From assembly GCA_041500125.1 (NCBI GenBank), contig JBGQLP010000009.1, forward strand, positions 2,767-66,766: a stretch of 64,000 bases of DNA, in the 5' to 3' direction. The notes beneath the pieces are model-generated. The model was not told where the DNA came from. It ran no database searches and was given only the letters and a program-made list of their open reading frames with translations. This DNA comes from Gemmatimonadota bacterium (GTDB taxonomy: Bacteria; Gemmatimonadota; Gemmatimonadetes; Gemmatimonadales; GWC2-71-9). The position numbers and the translations under genes were made by a program. Positions 9,830-19,517 of this stretch are shown here, one piece after another. How positions within the stretch are numbered: the stretch's first letter is position 1; every line of letters begins with the position of its first letter.

Positions 9830-11495
9830 CCACCGTCGCCGGCGGCTGAGCACCGTACCGGAGATCGCGACCCTCGTCCTGCTCATCCTCTGCGGAGGGT
9901 GCACACCCAGAGCAGCCACGGGGCAGGACGACTTTGCCTCAACCACCCGCGCGCTCATCGCAGCGGGCAGGGCGCCCTGGGCTCGGTGGCCGGACTTTGG
10001 CCGATATCGGGATGAGGTGACGCGGCTGTACGAGCTGGGGGCCAGTGCGCCGGTCTGGCTCGATGGCTTGCACGTCTCTGCCCCCGGGCAGGCAGCCATC
10101 GCGTCGTTGCTCAAGGCTGGCGAGCATGGTCTCGACCCTCGGGATTACGATGCGGATGCGCTCGACCGGCTGGCATACCAGTCCGTGCGCGTACCTCTCA
10201 GCGGAGTTGATCGGGCCCGCTTCGACGTCCTGCTAAGCGTCAATCTGATCCGCTTTCTCGATGACCTTCAATTCGGCCGGCTGCACCCCAGGACCCTGGA
10301 TCGGGGCGGTCTCGACCTCGGCCTCGACCTGGCAGGCGCCATCAGGGACGCGGTCGCCGGTGATTCCATTCCAAGGCTGGTATCCGTCACTGCACCGCAG
10401 TTGGCCCAGTACCGGAACCTCCAGCGTCTCCTGGCCAGCTATCAGCGGCTGGCCGCAGATTCGTCGCCCGGCCTCGTCTCCGAGACGCCTCCGGTGCAGG
10501 TTGGTGACCGGTACGCCGATGCGGTCAGCCTGCGCCGGCGACTCGCTGCCGTCGGTGATCTCCAACCTGATACCACCGCTCTTGCCGAGGTCTACACCGA
10601 GGGCGACGCAGCGGCGGTCCGCCGGTTTCAGACTCGCCATGGGTTGGCTCCGAGCGGAGTGCTGGACTCGGCCACAACCGCCGAGATCGACATTCCATTT
10701 CAGCGGCGGGCGCGGCAGATCGAGCTGGCGCTCGAGCGCCTCCGTTGGCTGCCACCGATCGGACGCCAACGGTTTGTGGTAGTGAACATCCCGGCGTTCC
10801 AGCTGTTTGCCTTCGACTCAGCAGGGGGCACCGGTGCGCCCGGGCTCAGCATGAGAGTCATCGTGGGCAACGCGCTCGACACCAAAACCCCAGTGCTCTT
10901 CGAGCGAATGCGCTACGTGGAGTTCCGGCCTTACTGGAACGTGCCGCTGAGCATTGCAGCCAAGGAGATCATTCCCCTGATGCAGCGCGATCCAGGTTAC
11001 TTGAGCCGGAATGACATGGAGCTGGTGGGCCCGGGGGACAGCGTCATTGGCAGCCCGGTGACATCGGAAACCTTTGAGCGACTGAGCCGGGGAGAGCTCC
11101 GAGTACGGCAGCGCCCGGGGGCCAGGAATCCTCTGGGACTGATCAAGTTCGTGTTTCCGAACTCGGCCGCGGTGTACCTGCACGGAACCCCGCGTCCCGA
11201 TCTCTTCGCTCAAACCCGGCGAGACTTCAGCCATGGCTGCATCCGTGTAGAGCAACCCACCGTTCTCGCGCTCTGGGTCTTGCGGGACCTGCCACGCTGG
11301 AACGACGAGCGCATTGCGGCCGCCCAGGAGGGCACCAGCACCACTCGCGCGTGGCTCAGCCATCCCATGCCCGTGATCGTCTTCTACACCACGGCCGTAG
11401 CCGCACCGAATGGCGATGCCTGGTTTTATAGCGATATCTACGGTCACGATCGTGAGCTCGATGAAGCCCTCCGAGGCGGACCGATTACACCCTGA
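9804..11495 (+). CDS. L,D-transpeptidase, YcbB/LdtD family (probable lipoprotein)
   Basis: PG-binding AVRRFQTRHGL, VNIPAFQL, PYWNVP, YLHGTP...FSHGCIRV; start uncertain. Confidence 0.88.
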   Translation: MRSPLASCNHRRRRLSTVPEIATLVLLILCGGCTPRAATGQDDFASTTRALIAAGRAPWARWPDFGRYRDEVTRLYELGASAPVWLDGLHVSAPGQAAIASLLKAGEHGLDPRDYDADALDRLAYQSVRVPLSGVDRARFDVLLSVNLIRFLDDLQFGRLHPRTLDRGGLDLGLDLAGAIRDAVAGDSIPRLVSVTAPQLAQYRNLQRLLASYQRLAADSSPGLVSETPPVQVGDRYADAVSLRRRLAAVGDLQPDTTALAEVYTEGDAAAVRRFQTRHGLAPSGVLDSATTAEIDIPFQRRARQIELALERLRWLPPIGRQRFVVVNIPAFQLFAFDSAGGTGAPGLSMRVIVGNALDTKTPVLFERMRYVEFRPYWNVPLSIAAKEIIPLMQRDPGYLSRNDMELVGPGDSVIGSPVTSETFERLSRGELRVRQRPGARNPLGLIKFVFPNSAAVYLHGTPRPDLFAQTRRDFSHGCIRVEQPTVLALWVLRDLPRWNDERIAAAQEGTSTTRAWLSHPMPVIVFYTTAVAAPNGDAWFYSDIYGHDRELDEALRGGPITP

Positions 11496-11602
11496 ACTCT
11501 GCGGTACGATTGCAGCTCATCCCTGTCTCCGTGACGCAGCTTGCCCGTCCGACCTCACACTTATCAGACGATCAGGGAGGCACGGCGGACGCACGAGTTG
11601 CG

Positions 11603-14218
11603 TCAGATCCAGCCGCGCCGCAGTAGCACATGCTTCACCATCTGTGTCAGGGCAAGGTAACAAAGCAACGTCAGCGCCAGAATTGGCCAGTACAGCCCCG
11701 GGAGCGGCACGAACCCGAGCGCGGGCGCCAGCGGCGACACCGGCAGCCAGAGTCCCACCGCCATCACGGCGACAGTGGTGGCCGCGAGCGGCCAACTCGC
11801 GTGGCTCTGGAGGAAGGGAATCTTGTTCGTCCGGATGACATGAATGATGAGCGTCTGCGTCATGAGCGACTCTACGAACCACCCGGTCTGGAATAGTGCC
11901 GCTTGGGCGGGGGTGGTCGCGCCGAACAGAAAGTACATGACCGCGTACGTGGTGTAGTCGAAGATGGAGCTGATCGGCCCGATGGCAATGATGAACCGCT
12001 CGATCTCGCCGATGTCCCACGGCCGCGGTCGGGCGAGTTGCTCGAGATCCACATTATCGGTCGGAATCGGCACCTGCGAGAAATCGTAGAGCAGGTTGTT
12101 GGTCAAGATCTGCAGCGGGGCCATAGGCACGAACGGCAGCAGCGCACTTGCCCCGAGCACGCTGAACATGTTGCCAAAGTTCGAGCTCGCCCCCATGCGG
12201 ATGTACTTGAGCACGTTGGAGAACACCTTCCGCCCTTCGAGCACCCCTTCCCCCAGGATGAGGAGACTCTTCTCGAGGAGGATGATGTCGGCCGATTCCT
12301 TTGCCACGTCGACCGCCGTATCGACCGAAATGCCCACGTCGGCCGCTCGGAGAGCTGCCGCGTCGTTGATGCCGTCGCCCAGGAAGCCGACGACGTGCCC
12401 CCGCGCCTGCAGGGTGTGAATGATGCGCTCTTTGTCCGTGGGTGATAGCCGGGCGAAGATCGTGGTCCGCTCGACGGCGTCGCCCAGCTCGACATCGCTG
12501 AGCCGGCCGACGTCGGAGCCGAGCAGCATGCTCTCGCCCAGGAGTCCCACGTGCTTGCAGATGGCGCGGGTGACGAGCTCGTTGTCGCCAGTGAGAATCT
12601 TGATGCTGACCCCGTGGTCCCGGAGCGCAGCGATCGCGGGAGCGGCCGTCTCCTTGGGGGGATCGAGGAAGGCGACGTAGCCGAGGAGAACGAGGTCGCA
12701 CTCGTCCTCCTTGCCGTAGGCCGGCTTGGGGGGCACGACGCGGTGGGCGACCCCCAACACCCGGAACCCATCCGCACTCAGGGCGTCGCATTCCTCGCGG
12801 AGGTCCTCGGCGAACCCCGGCGGACACGGAAACGTCTCGCCCTCGGCCTCGAAAGTCCCGCACCGCCGGAGGATCTCCTCCGGCGCCCCCTTGGCGAGGA
12901 GGCGACGCCGGCCGTCGGGCTCGTCCACCACGATGGACATGATCTTGCGCGAGAAGTCAAACGGCATCTCGTCCACCTTGCGGTAGCCGTCGAAGGACAG
13001 CTGGGGGTGGCGTTCCCTGTGCTTGAGGATCGCCTGATCGAGCGTGCTCTTGAGGCCGGTCTGTAAATGGCTGATCAGCAGGGCGTCGACCAGCACTCGC
13101 TCGCTCTCGGTGCCTTGCACGTCGCAGTGGCGCTCGAGGATGACCGTGTCCATCGTGAGCGTCCCCGTCTTGTCGGTGCAGAGGACGTCCATGGCACCGA
13201 AGTTCTGAATTGCATTTAGCCGCTTCACGATCACGCGCTTGTGCGACATCGCCATGGCCCCCTTGGAGAGGCACACGGAGACGATCATCGGAAGCATCTC
13301 TGGCGTGAGCCCGACGGCGACCGCGAGCGCGAAGAAAAACGCTTCGTGCCAGTTGTGCTTGGTCAGGCCATTGATGAGGAAGACAAGGGGCACCATAACG
13401 GCGATGAACCGGATCATGAGCCAGGTGAACCCGTGAATGCCGCGGTCGAACGCCGTCTCGGGCGCCGCGCCGGCAATTCCCCGCGCCATGGCGCCAAAGA
13501 GCGTGCGAGCCCCGGTCTCGACCACCACGGCCGAGGCCGTCCCGCTCTGCACGCTGGTGCCGAGGAAGCAGAGGTTGGGACATTCAAGCGGCGCGCGATC
13601 GGGCACGCCATGCAGCGCGTCTCCTTTCTCCACCGGTAGGGACTCGCCCGTGAGACTCGATTGGCTGACGAAAAGGTCCTTGGCCGTGAGGAGTCGCACG
13701 TCGGCGGGGATCATGTCACCCGCGGCGAGCACCACGACGTCACCCGGCACGATCTCGCGGAGTGGTACCTCGCGCGGCTTGCCATCCCGCAGCGCGGTCG
13801 CGGTCACCCGGATCATGGCGCGGAGCGCCGCTGCTGCGGCGCCGGCCCGCGATTCCTGCGCGAACCGCAGGGTGACGCCGAGCACGATCATGAGCATGAT
13901 GACGGTGGCAGCGCGGCCATCACCGGTGGCGAGCGACACCGCTGCCAGGACTGCGAGCAGGATCACCAGGGGATTGCGGAGCGTGCGCAGCAGCCGGAGC
14001 GGCCACCCGACGGGGGCTTGGGTGGCAACCTCGTTGGGGCCGTGGAGCTCGAGGCGTCGTTCGGCCTCGGCCTGCGTCAGCCCCTCCATGCCGGAGTCGC
14101 ATAGGCCGAGCGCCTCGTCACTATTGCTGCGGGCGGCTTGCTGCACCCGGGCTGAATCCCAGCGACCAGCGCTGGATGCCGGCGCCGTGCCGCGAGCAAG
14201 GTCTGGGGCAGTGGTCAT
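11603..14218 (-). CDS. mgtA: Mg2+-importing P-type IIIB ATPase
   Basis: [47 protein letters not shown]. Confidence 0.95.
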   Translation of the reverse strand: MTTAPDLARGTAPASSAGRWDSARVQQAARSNSDEALGLCDSGMEGLTQAEAERRLELHGPNEVATQAPVGWPLRLLRTLRNPLVILLAVLAAVSLATGDGRAATVIMLMIVLGVTLRFAQESRAGAAAAALRAMIRVTATALRDGKPREVPLREIVPGDVVVLAAGDMIPADVRLLTAKDLFVSQSSLTGESLPVEKGDALHGVPDRAPLECPNLCFLGTSVQSGTASAVVVETGARTLFGAMARGIAGAAPETAFDRGIHGFTWLMIRFIAVMVPLVFLINGLTKHNWHEAFFFALAVAVGLTPEMLPMIVSVCLSKGAMAMSHKRVIVKRLNAIQNFGAMDVLCTDKTGTLTMDTVILERHCDVQGTESERVLVDALLISHLQTGLKSTLDQAILKHRERHPQLSFDGYRKVDEMPFDFSRKIMSIVVDEPDGRRRLLAKGAPEEILRRCGTFEAEGETFPCPPGFAEDLREECDALSADGFRVLGVAHRVVPPKPAYGKEDECDLVLLGYVAFLDPPKETAAPAIAALRDHGVSIKILTGDNELVTRAICKHVGLLGESMLLGSDVGRLSDVELGDAVERTTIFARLSPTDKERIIHTLQARGHVVGFLGDGINDAAALRAADVGISVDTAVDVAKESADIILLEKSLLILGEGVLEGRKVFSNVLKYIRMGASSNFGNMFSVLGASALLPFVPMAPLQILTNNLLYDFSQVPIPTDNVDLEQLARPRPWDIGEIERFIIAIGPISSIFDYTTYAVMYFLFGATTPAQAALFQTGWFVESLMTQTLIIHVIRTNKIPFLQSHASWPLAATTVAVMAVGLWLPVSPLAPALGFVPLPGLYWPILALTLLCYLALTQMVKHVLLRRGWI

Positions 14219-14368
14219 CGTGGTCTCAAGCTGGGTGCGATCGGGGGCAGCAGTGGCGCAGACTTCAGGATGAAGGTTAGCTCCGACGCGACGTGAATGA
14301 GGGCGGCGAGGAGCGGGTTCAAGACCCCGAAGTTGACGGTGGTTCGCTCTTGAATCAATGTAGCAAGT

Positions 14369-14423
14369 GTGAAGACTCCTTCATGCCGGCTTCAGGCCTA
14401 GTTTGCAGGGGTGGAGGCATAGT
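14369..14423 (+). promoter_or_regulatory. CTTCA-box array upstream of acg-like gene
   Basis: CTTCA at 14379/14390; palindrome GTGAAGACTCCTTCAT at 14369-14384; CATAGT at 14418. Confidence 0.65.
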
Positions 14424-14457
14424 TGGTCCATCGTTTTCGCTGGCTCAGGAGCGGACC

Positions 14458-15468
14458 ATGACCACATTGAACAAGCGCTCTCCGTGGGAGGTTTCGCCCC
14501 ACCAGTTCCCTTCGGTCTTTCCCATCCAGAAGCAACTCGCATTCTTGCTCGAGTATGCGGTTCTGGCGCCCTCAACCAAGAACACCCAACCCTGGCGCTT
14601 CTCGATCGGTGAGAACACGATCGGCGTGTTTGCGGATCTCACTCGGTGGCAACCGGTGGCGGACCGGGGGCGCCGTGAGCTCTACATCAGTCTGGGCTGC
14701 GCGCTGGAGAACCTCCTCGTAGCCGGCGAACAGTTCGGGTTCCGCCCTGAGGTGAGCTACTTCCCCCAGTCCGCCAACGAGGAGCTCGCGGCGACCGTCA
14801 CCTTCCATCCGGATGGCCAGCCGCGGCCTGAACGGGCCGGTCTTGCCCTCGGGAATATCACCGCTCGCCATACCCACCGTGGACTCTATCGCGACGAGCC
14901 GGTGGCGAAGGAAGTACGAAAGCATCTACTGTGCCGCTGCATCGCCCCCGGGCTGCGAGTGGATCTGATCGACGATCCAGCTATCCGGTTCCGAGTGGTC
15001 GAGTTGAATCTGCATGCCGATGAGATGGAGTTCGCCGATCCGGAGTTCCGGAACGAATTGGGTCGCTGGGTGGGACAAGGAGTCTTCGGCACTCCGCGCT
15101 TTCTGTCCCGACTGAGTGGGCTCCTGCTGGCTCGGTTGAATCTGGGTCGAATGATCGGGAACCGGAACGCGGCCCTTCTGTCGAGCGCCCCTTTGGTCGG
15201 CCTGATCAGCGCGCGGACCGATGACCGAGCCTCTCAGGTCCGCACCGGTCAGGCTCTGGAGCGCTTGTGGCTGCATGCAACTGGCATAGGCATCGCACTG
15301 CAGCCGATGAGCCAAGCTCTGGAGATCCCCTCGCTTAGAGCGGAGCTGGCGGGGGTCATCCCGGAGTGTGGATGGGTTCCGGAGCAGGTGTTCCGAATGG
15401 GCTACGCGATGTGTCCCGAGAGGCGGCACACGCCCAGGCGTTCGGCGGACCAAGTACTGCTGGGTTAA
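14458..15468 (+). CDS. Acg-family FMN-binding nitroreductase-like protein
   Basis: AVLAPSTKNTQPWRF, ISLGCALENL, GQALERLWLHAT, FRMGY..HTPRR; ATG 14458 after AGGAG. Confidence 0.88.
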   Translation: MTTLNKRSPWEVSPHQFPSVFPIQKQLAFLLEYAVLAPSTKNTQPWRFSIGENTIGVFADLTRWQPVADRGRRELYISLGCALENLLVAGEQFGFRPEVSYFPQSANEELAATVTFHPDGQPRPERAGLALGNITARHTHRGLYRDEPVAKEVRKHLLCRCIAPGLRVDLIDDPAIRFRVVELNLHADEMEFADPEFRNELGRWVGQGVFGTPRFLSRLSGLLLARLNLGRMIGNRNAALLSSAPLVGLISARTDDRASQVRTGQALERLWLHATGIGIALQPMSQALEIPSLRAELAGVIPECGWVPEQVFRMGYAMCPERRHTPRRSADQVLLG

Positions 15469-15561
15469 GGGAGAGGGCATGGGCGAGAACGCCGAGAGAC
15501 GGCGTGCGGACAGCAATACAGTGAAACAACGGCTTACCATCTATCCCAGGAGCCTCGGCGT

Positions 15562-15843
15562 ATGACCGACAGTCAGAAGCGGTGCGAGGAGCACAAAGTG
15601 AGTGGAGAACGGCTGGTGACGCGGGTCAAGGAGCTGATCAGGGAAGGCAACGTCCGGCGCATCATCGTGAAGAACGAGGACGGTGAAACGATCATGGAGC
15701 TGCCGCTTACTATCGGGGTGGTGAGTGCGCTCCTGCTGCCGGCATTCGTTGCGCTAGGCGCTATCGCGGCTCTGGCGGCGCACTACACGTTGGAGGTGGA
15801 GCGGCAGGAAGCGGAGACCAAGGTGTCAGCATCGGTACCCTGA
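15562..15843 (+). CDS. DUF4342 protein
   Basis: VKELIREGNVRRIIVK...ELPLTIG. Confidence 0.85.
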   Translation: MTDSQKRCEEHKVSGERLVTRVKELIREGNVRRIIVKNEDGETIMELPLTIGVVSALLLPAFVALGAIAALAAHYTLEVERQEAETKVSASVP

Positions 15844-15855
15844 TTCCGTGATTTC

Positions 15856-15985
15856 CCGGCGGATGGCCTGAGATCTCCACATCCGCCGGCGGCCTGCGTG
15901 ACGAACCGCGCCATCACTTAGGCTTCTACTCGCACTCGATCCCGAGCAGTTCCTGATGGAACGGAAGATACTGCTCGGGATCGAG
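15856..15985. terminator. Two hairpins between convergent genes (bidirectional terminator-like)
   Basis: 10-bp stem 15856-15865/15880-15889; perfect 16-bp stem 15935-15950/15970-15985. Confidence 0.65.
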
Positions 15986-16016
15986 AGGCGAGCGGAGAGG
16001 CCAACCCACTAACAGT

Positions 16017-16679
16017 TTACCCGGTTATGGCCAGGTGGTCCTCCACGTTCTGCACGCCAGGCGCTGCCCACGCGGCGCGCTCCGCCTCCTCGCGCTCGGC
16101 CCAGCTACGGACGCTGCCGCGGAGGGTGATCGTGCTGTCCTTGGCCTCTACCTGGATGCCCCGAGCGTCGACCTCCGCGCTCCGGCGCAAAGCCGCTTCG
16201 ATCCGGTCCTTCACCTGGGCTGGCTGCACCGAAGGCTTGACCTGCAGCCGGATCTGGTTGGTGACACCCCGAATTCCACTCAACCGGCGCACTGCGTTCT
16301 CGGCCGCTGCCCGCTGAAACTGCAGGGCTACCTCTCCCTCGAGGGTGACCCAGCCATCATCCACTCGCGCCTTGATCTTCTCGTGGGGGACAGCGATGTC
16401 CCACTCCAGCGCGCGGAGCACCGCTTGTGCAATGTCCGTGTCGGTCCGCTTCATGGACCCCATCGGCCGCACCTCAATATCGTTGGCGACGGCGCGCGCC
16501 CCTGCTACCCGTTTCGCGGCGCGCTCGGCACTGATTTTCTCCACGTAGGTCGCCACCGTGCCGGTGAGGGTGATGACACCGGGCTGGGTGGCAGCGACTC
16601 CGATGTGCGAGGCGTCCACCGAGGGCTCCCACTCCAACTCCTCCTGGACCGCATGCTGTAGCTTGGTCGAATTGGTCAC
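16017..16679 (-). CDS. Triple BON-domain (OsmY-like) protein
   Basis: Three repeats of VTLxGxV...AAxxVxGVxxVxNxI; SD GGAGG, GTG start. Confidence 0.92.
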   Translation of the reverse strand: MTNSTKLQHAVQEELEWEPSVDASHIGVAATQPGVITLTGTVATYVEKISAERAAKRVAGARAVANDIEVRPMGSMKRTDTDIAQAVLRALEWDIAVPHEKIKARVDDGWVTLEGEVALQFQRAAAENAVRRLSGIRGVTNQIRLQVKPSVQPAQVKDRIEAALRRSAEVDARGIQVEAKDSTITLRGSVRSWAEREEAERAAWAAPGVQNVEDHLAITG

Positions 16680-16705
16680 AGCTTCCTCCTGATATGAGTC
16701 GATCT

Positions 16706-16739
16706 AAGATCGCGGGAGGATAGTGAAACGAGTGTGAAC
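16706..16739 (-). promoter_or_regulatory. CTTCA-like array upstream of BON gene
   Basis: TGAAA/TGAAC at 16724/16735; GATCTT (minus) at 16711-16706. Confidence 0.55.
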
Positions 16740-16786
16740 GGCGGGACAAGATTGGTTCATGGGATTGCCCGTGACCGGAGGTCGAC

Positions 16787-17866
16787 ATGCGGCTCCTGGT
16801 GATCAACTGTGGAAGCACCAGCCTCAAGTACAAGCTTTATGAGGCGCAGGAGCACGGCCTCAGCCTACTCGCTGCCGCATCCGTTGCCATGAGACCGGGG
16901 GAGGAGCCTCCGGTTGCCGGCGTGCTGGCTGCACTCCCGGCGAGGCCGGACGCGGTGGCGCACCGTGTGGTCCACGGTGGCGATCGCTTCACTGCCGCCG
17001 TTCGAGTAGATGATGAAGTTCTCCAGGCCCTGACCGAGCTCACACCGCTGGCTCCCTTGCATAACGGCCCGGCGCTGTGCGCGCTCGAGATCACCCGGGC
17101 CCTGGGCATTCCCATCATTGCCGCCTTCGATACCGCCTTCTTTGCTGATCTTCCGGCGCGGGCCCGGCGGTATGCCTTGCCCGCAATACCCGGGGTGCAC
17201 CGCTACGGGTTTCACGGCTGGTCCCATCGCTTTGTGATGAAACGCCTGGCTGCGCTAAGCGGGGACCCGAACCCGACCTTCGTCAGCCTCCACCTGGGCA
17301 GCGGGTGTTCGGCCGCCGCGATTCGGCGGGGGAAGCCGGTCGATATCTCGATGGGCTATTCCCCCCTCGAAGGGCTGATCATGGGGACGAGAGCAGGAGA
17401 CGTGGATCCGGGAGTGCTGCTCCACTTGCTGCAGGAGGGCTGGGACGCAGAGAGAATGAGCCACCTGTTGCACTACGAGGCAGGGTTGAAGGCGCTGGCC
17501 GGCACGGCCACCATGCGGGAGCTGTTGTCCCGAACCGACCCAGAGGCCCAGGAGGCTGTCGAGCTCTTCTGCTACCGGGCAGTGAAATACACCGGGGCGT
17601 ACCTTGCCGCGCTCGAAGGCGAGACCCAGGCTCTTGCCTTCACTGGCGGAATCGGCGAAAACGCCCCGGAGATACGAGCGAGGATATGCCGGTCTCTTGG
17701 ATGGGCGGGTCTGCGGATTGACTCCACGCGTAACGCGCGTGGCGACGAACAGATTTCTCCTCCAGGCTCACCGCTCAGAGTGTACGCCATCCGGACGGAC
17801 GAGGAGGCTGGGATCGCCGAAGAGGCGCTCGGCCTCCTTCAGGACTGGCCCACTCCTCGGAGCTAG
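16787..17866 (+). CDS. ackA: Acetate/propionate kinase
   Basis: VINCGSTSLK, HRVVHGG, APLHN, YGFHGWSH, FTGGIGEN, TDEE. Confidence 0.93.
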   Translation: MRLLVINCGSTSLKYKLYEAQEHGLSLLAAASVAMRPGEEPPVAGVLAALPARPDAVAHRVVHGGDRFTAAVRVDDEVLQALTELTPLAPLHNGPALCALEITRALGIPIIAAFDTAFFADLPARARRYALPAIPGVHRYGFHGWSHRFVMKRLAALSGDPNPTFVSLHLGSGCSAAAIRRGKPVDISMGYSPLEGLIMGTRAGDVDPGVLLHLLQEGWDAERMSHLLHYEAGLKALAGTATMRELLSRTDPEAQEAVELFCYRAVKYTGAYLAALEGETQALAFTGGIGENAPEIRARICRSLGWAGLRIDSTRNARGDEQISPPGSPLRVYAIRTDEEAGIAEEALGLLQDWPTPRS

Positions 17867-17896
17867 GCTCCTGCCTTCTCCATTCTTCGTGGAGCC

Positions 17897-18904
17897 CTAG
17901 CCGGCCGAAGCGGGCACCAGCACCACGGCCCCTCGAACCAGCCCCGCCCTGAGCCGCTCGAGTCCTTCGTTCGCCTGGCCTAAAGGGAGCGTCTCCACCT
18001 CGACCCGAAGTGGGACCTGTTGGGCCAGCTGAAAGAACTCCTCCCCATCCTTTCGAGTCAGATTGGCAACCGAGCGGAGGATTCGTTCGCCCCAGAGTAT
18101 CTCATAGGGAAACGCCGGAATCGGGCTCATGTGGATCCCGGCGCACACCACCGTCCCACCCTTTACCACTGCCCGCAGCGCTGCCGGCACCAGATCCCCC
18201 ACCGGCGCGAAGATGATTGCCCCATCCAGCGGCTCCGGCGGAGGCTCGGTCGAGCTGCCGGCCCATACTGCACCCAGCTCGCGGGCGAAATCCTGCCCTT
18301 GCTGATCCCCTTCACGAGTGAAGGCAAAAACCTGCCGGCCCTCGAAACGGGCGACCTGGGCGATGAGATGGGCGGCCGCTCCGAAGCCGTAGAGGCCAAG
18401 CCGCTCGGCGTCACCCGCTGCCCGCAACGATCGATGTCCGATGAGGCCGGCGCAAAGCAGGGGCGCGGCGCGCGCGTTTTCGTAGTTAGTGGGGAGCGGA
18501 AAGCAGAAGCGCGCGTCAGCCACGGTATACTCGGCATACCCGCCGTCACGATGATACCCGGTGAACTGAGCCCGATCGCAGAGGTTCTCCCGCCCGCTCA
18601 GGCAATAGCGACAGGTCCCGCAAGTCCAGCCCAGCCAAGGCACTCCCACCCGGTCGCCGAGGCTGAAGCGCTCTACCTCCGGTCCAATCTCCAGGACCGT
18701 CCCGACGATTTCGTGTCCCGGGATCAGCGGCAGCTTGGGGTGGGCGAGCTCGCCGGCAACAATGTGCAAATCGGTTCGGCAGATCCCACAGGCTTGGACC
18801 CGGAGGACCACCTCGCCCCTTCCTGGCCGGGGCGGCGGCAGGCGACCCAGTCGGAGGGGGTACTTGGGGCGGTCGAGCACCATCGCGTCCATGGTGTTGG
18901 TCAT
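17897..18904 (-). CDS. Zn-dependent alcohol dehydrogenase (AdhP-like)
   Basis: CGICRTDLH, GHE, CGTCRYC..ENLC, LYGFGAAA. Confidence 0.93.
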   Translation of the reverse strand: MTNTMDAMVLDRPKYPLRLGRLPPPRPGRGEVVLRVQACGICRTDLHIVAGELAHPKLPLIPGHEIVGTVLEIGPEVERFSLGDRVGVPWLGWTCGTCRYCLSGRENLCDRAQFTGYHRDGGYAEYTVADARFCFPLPTNYENARAAPLLCAGLIGHRSLRAAGDAERLGLYGFGAAAHLIAQVARFEGRQVFAFTREGDQQGQDFARELGAVWAGSSTEPPPEPLDGAIIFAPVGDLVPAALRAVVKGGTVVCAGIHMSPIPAFPYEILWGERILRSVANLTRKDGEEFFQLAQQVPLRVEVETLPLGQANEGLERLRAGLVRGAVVLVPASAG

Positions 18905-18920
18905 TCGACGCCCTGGCGGC

Positions 18921-18986
18921 GTGAAGGGATTTTCATCGGTCCTTCATGACTGACTCAAGCCGGGTGGTTCACCTTACTCGTACCAT
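18921..18986 (+). promoter_or_regulatory. CTTCA-box array for the 19029-24741 operon
   Basis: TTTCA/CTTCA/ACTCA at 18931/18942/18953; TACCAT at 18981. Confidence 0.6.
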
Positions 18987-19028
18987 CAAGGGCTCGTCCC
19001 AAGATGGGTATATCTCCCGAGGTAAATC

Positions 19029-19517
19029 ATGACTGCTCATCAACTAGAACCAATTACTCCGGCTGAGGATCAATCCCTGGCTCGGGTGCTGCGGGCCGCT
19101 CACGAGATCTGGATCCGGGAGACGACTCTCTTTCTCTCCCCGGCTACCAAGGAGGATGCAGGATTCTGGGAGCGGTGGACCGCTGTGCGGTACCTCGCTG
19201 ACCAGTTTCAGGGGCCGTTCCACCGCGCGCGTGCGATGGCGGACGAGATGCGACCGTTTCTGCCGACTGAGACTGGTGACCGGCTATCCGGGGAGGGTGA
19301 ACGCATAGCTCAGTTGGGACAAGCCCTCGATAAGGTCGGGCGCCGCCGGGGTACGGCGCGCACGGTTGCGGTCGCAAGCCGCGAGTTTCTTCAGACGCTG
19401 CGGCAATGGTGCTCTGATATCGAGCTCGCTGCCCAGCAAATTCCGCGGGAGGAGCTTCCAGAGGAAGGGGCCCGGCTGGTTACCGAGCTCGAGACCTACG
19501 GACGAACCCACCCATGA
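19029..19517 (+). CDS. Hypothetical helical protein
   Basis: SD GAGG; ATGA overlap with the next gene. Confidence 0.7.
   Translation: MTAHQLEPITPAEDQSLARVLRAAHEIWIRETTLFLSPATKEDAGFWERWTAVRYLADQFQGPFHRARAMADEMRPFLPTETGDRLSGEGERIAQLGQALDKVGRRRGTARTVAVASREFLQTLRQWCSDIELAAQQIPREELPEEGARLVTELETYGRTHP

Noticed and set aside
14293-14457. Upstream-extended starts in the ORF track (also 2612, 23938, 25532, 26544, 41958, 47552, 52701)
   Set aside because: The extensions run through promoter arrays or neighbouring genes; downstream starts have better signals and match family N-termini
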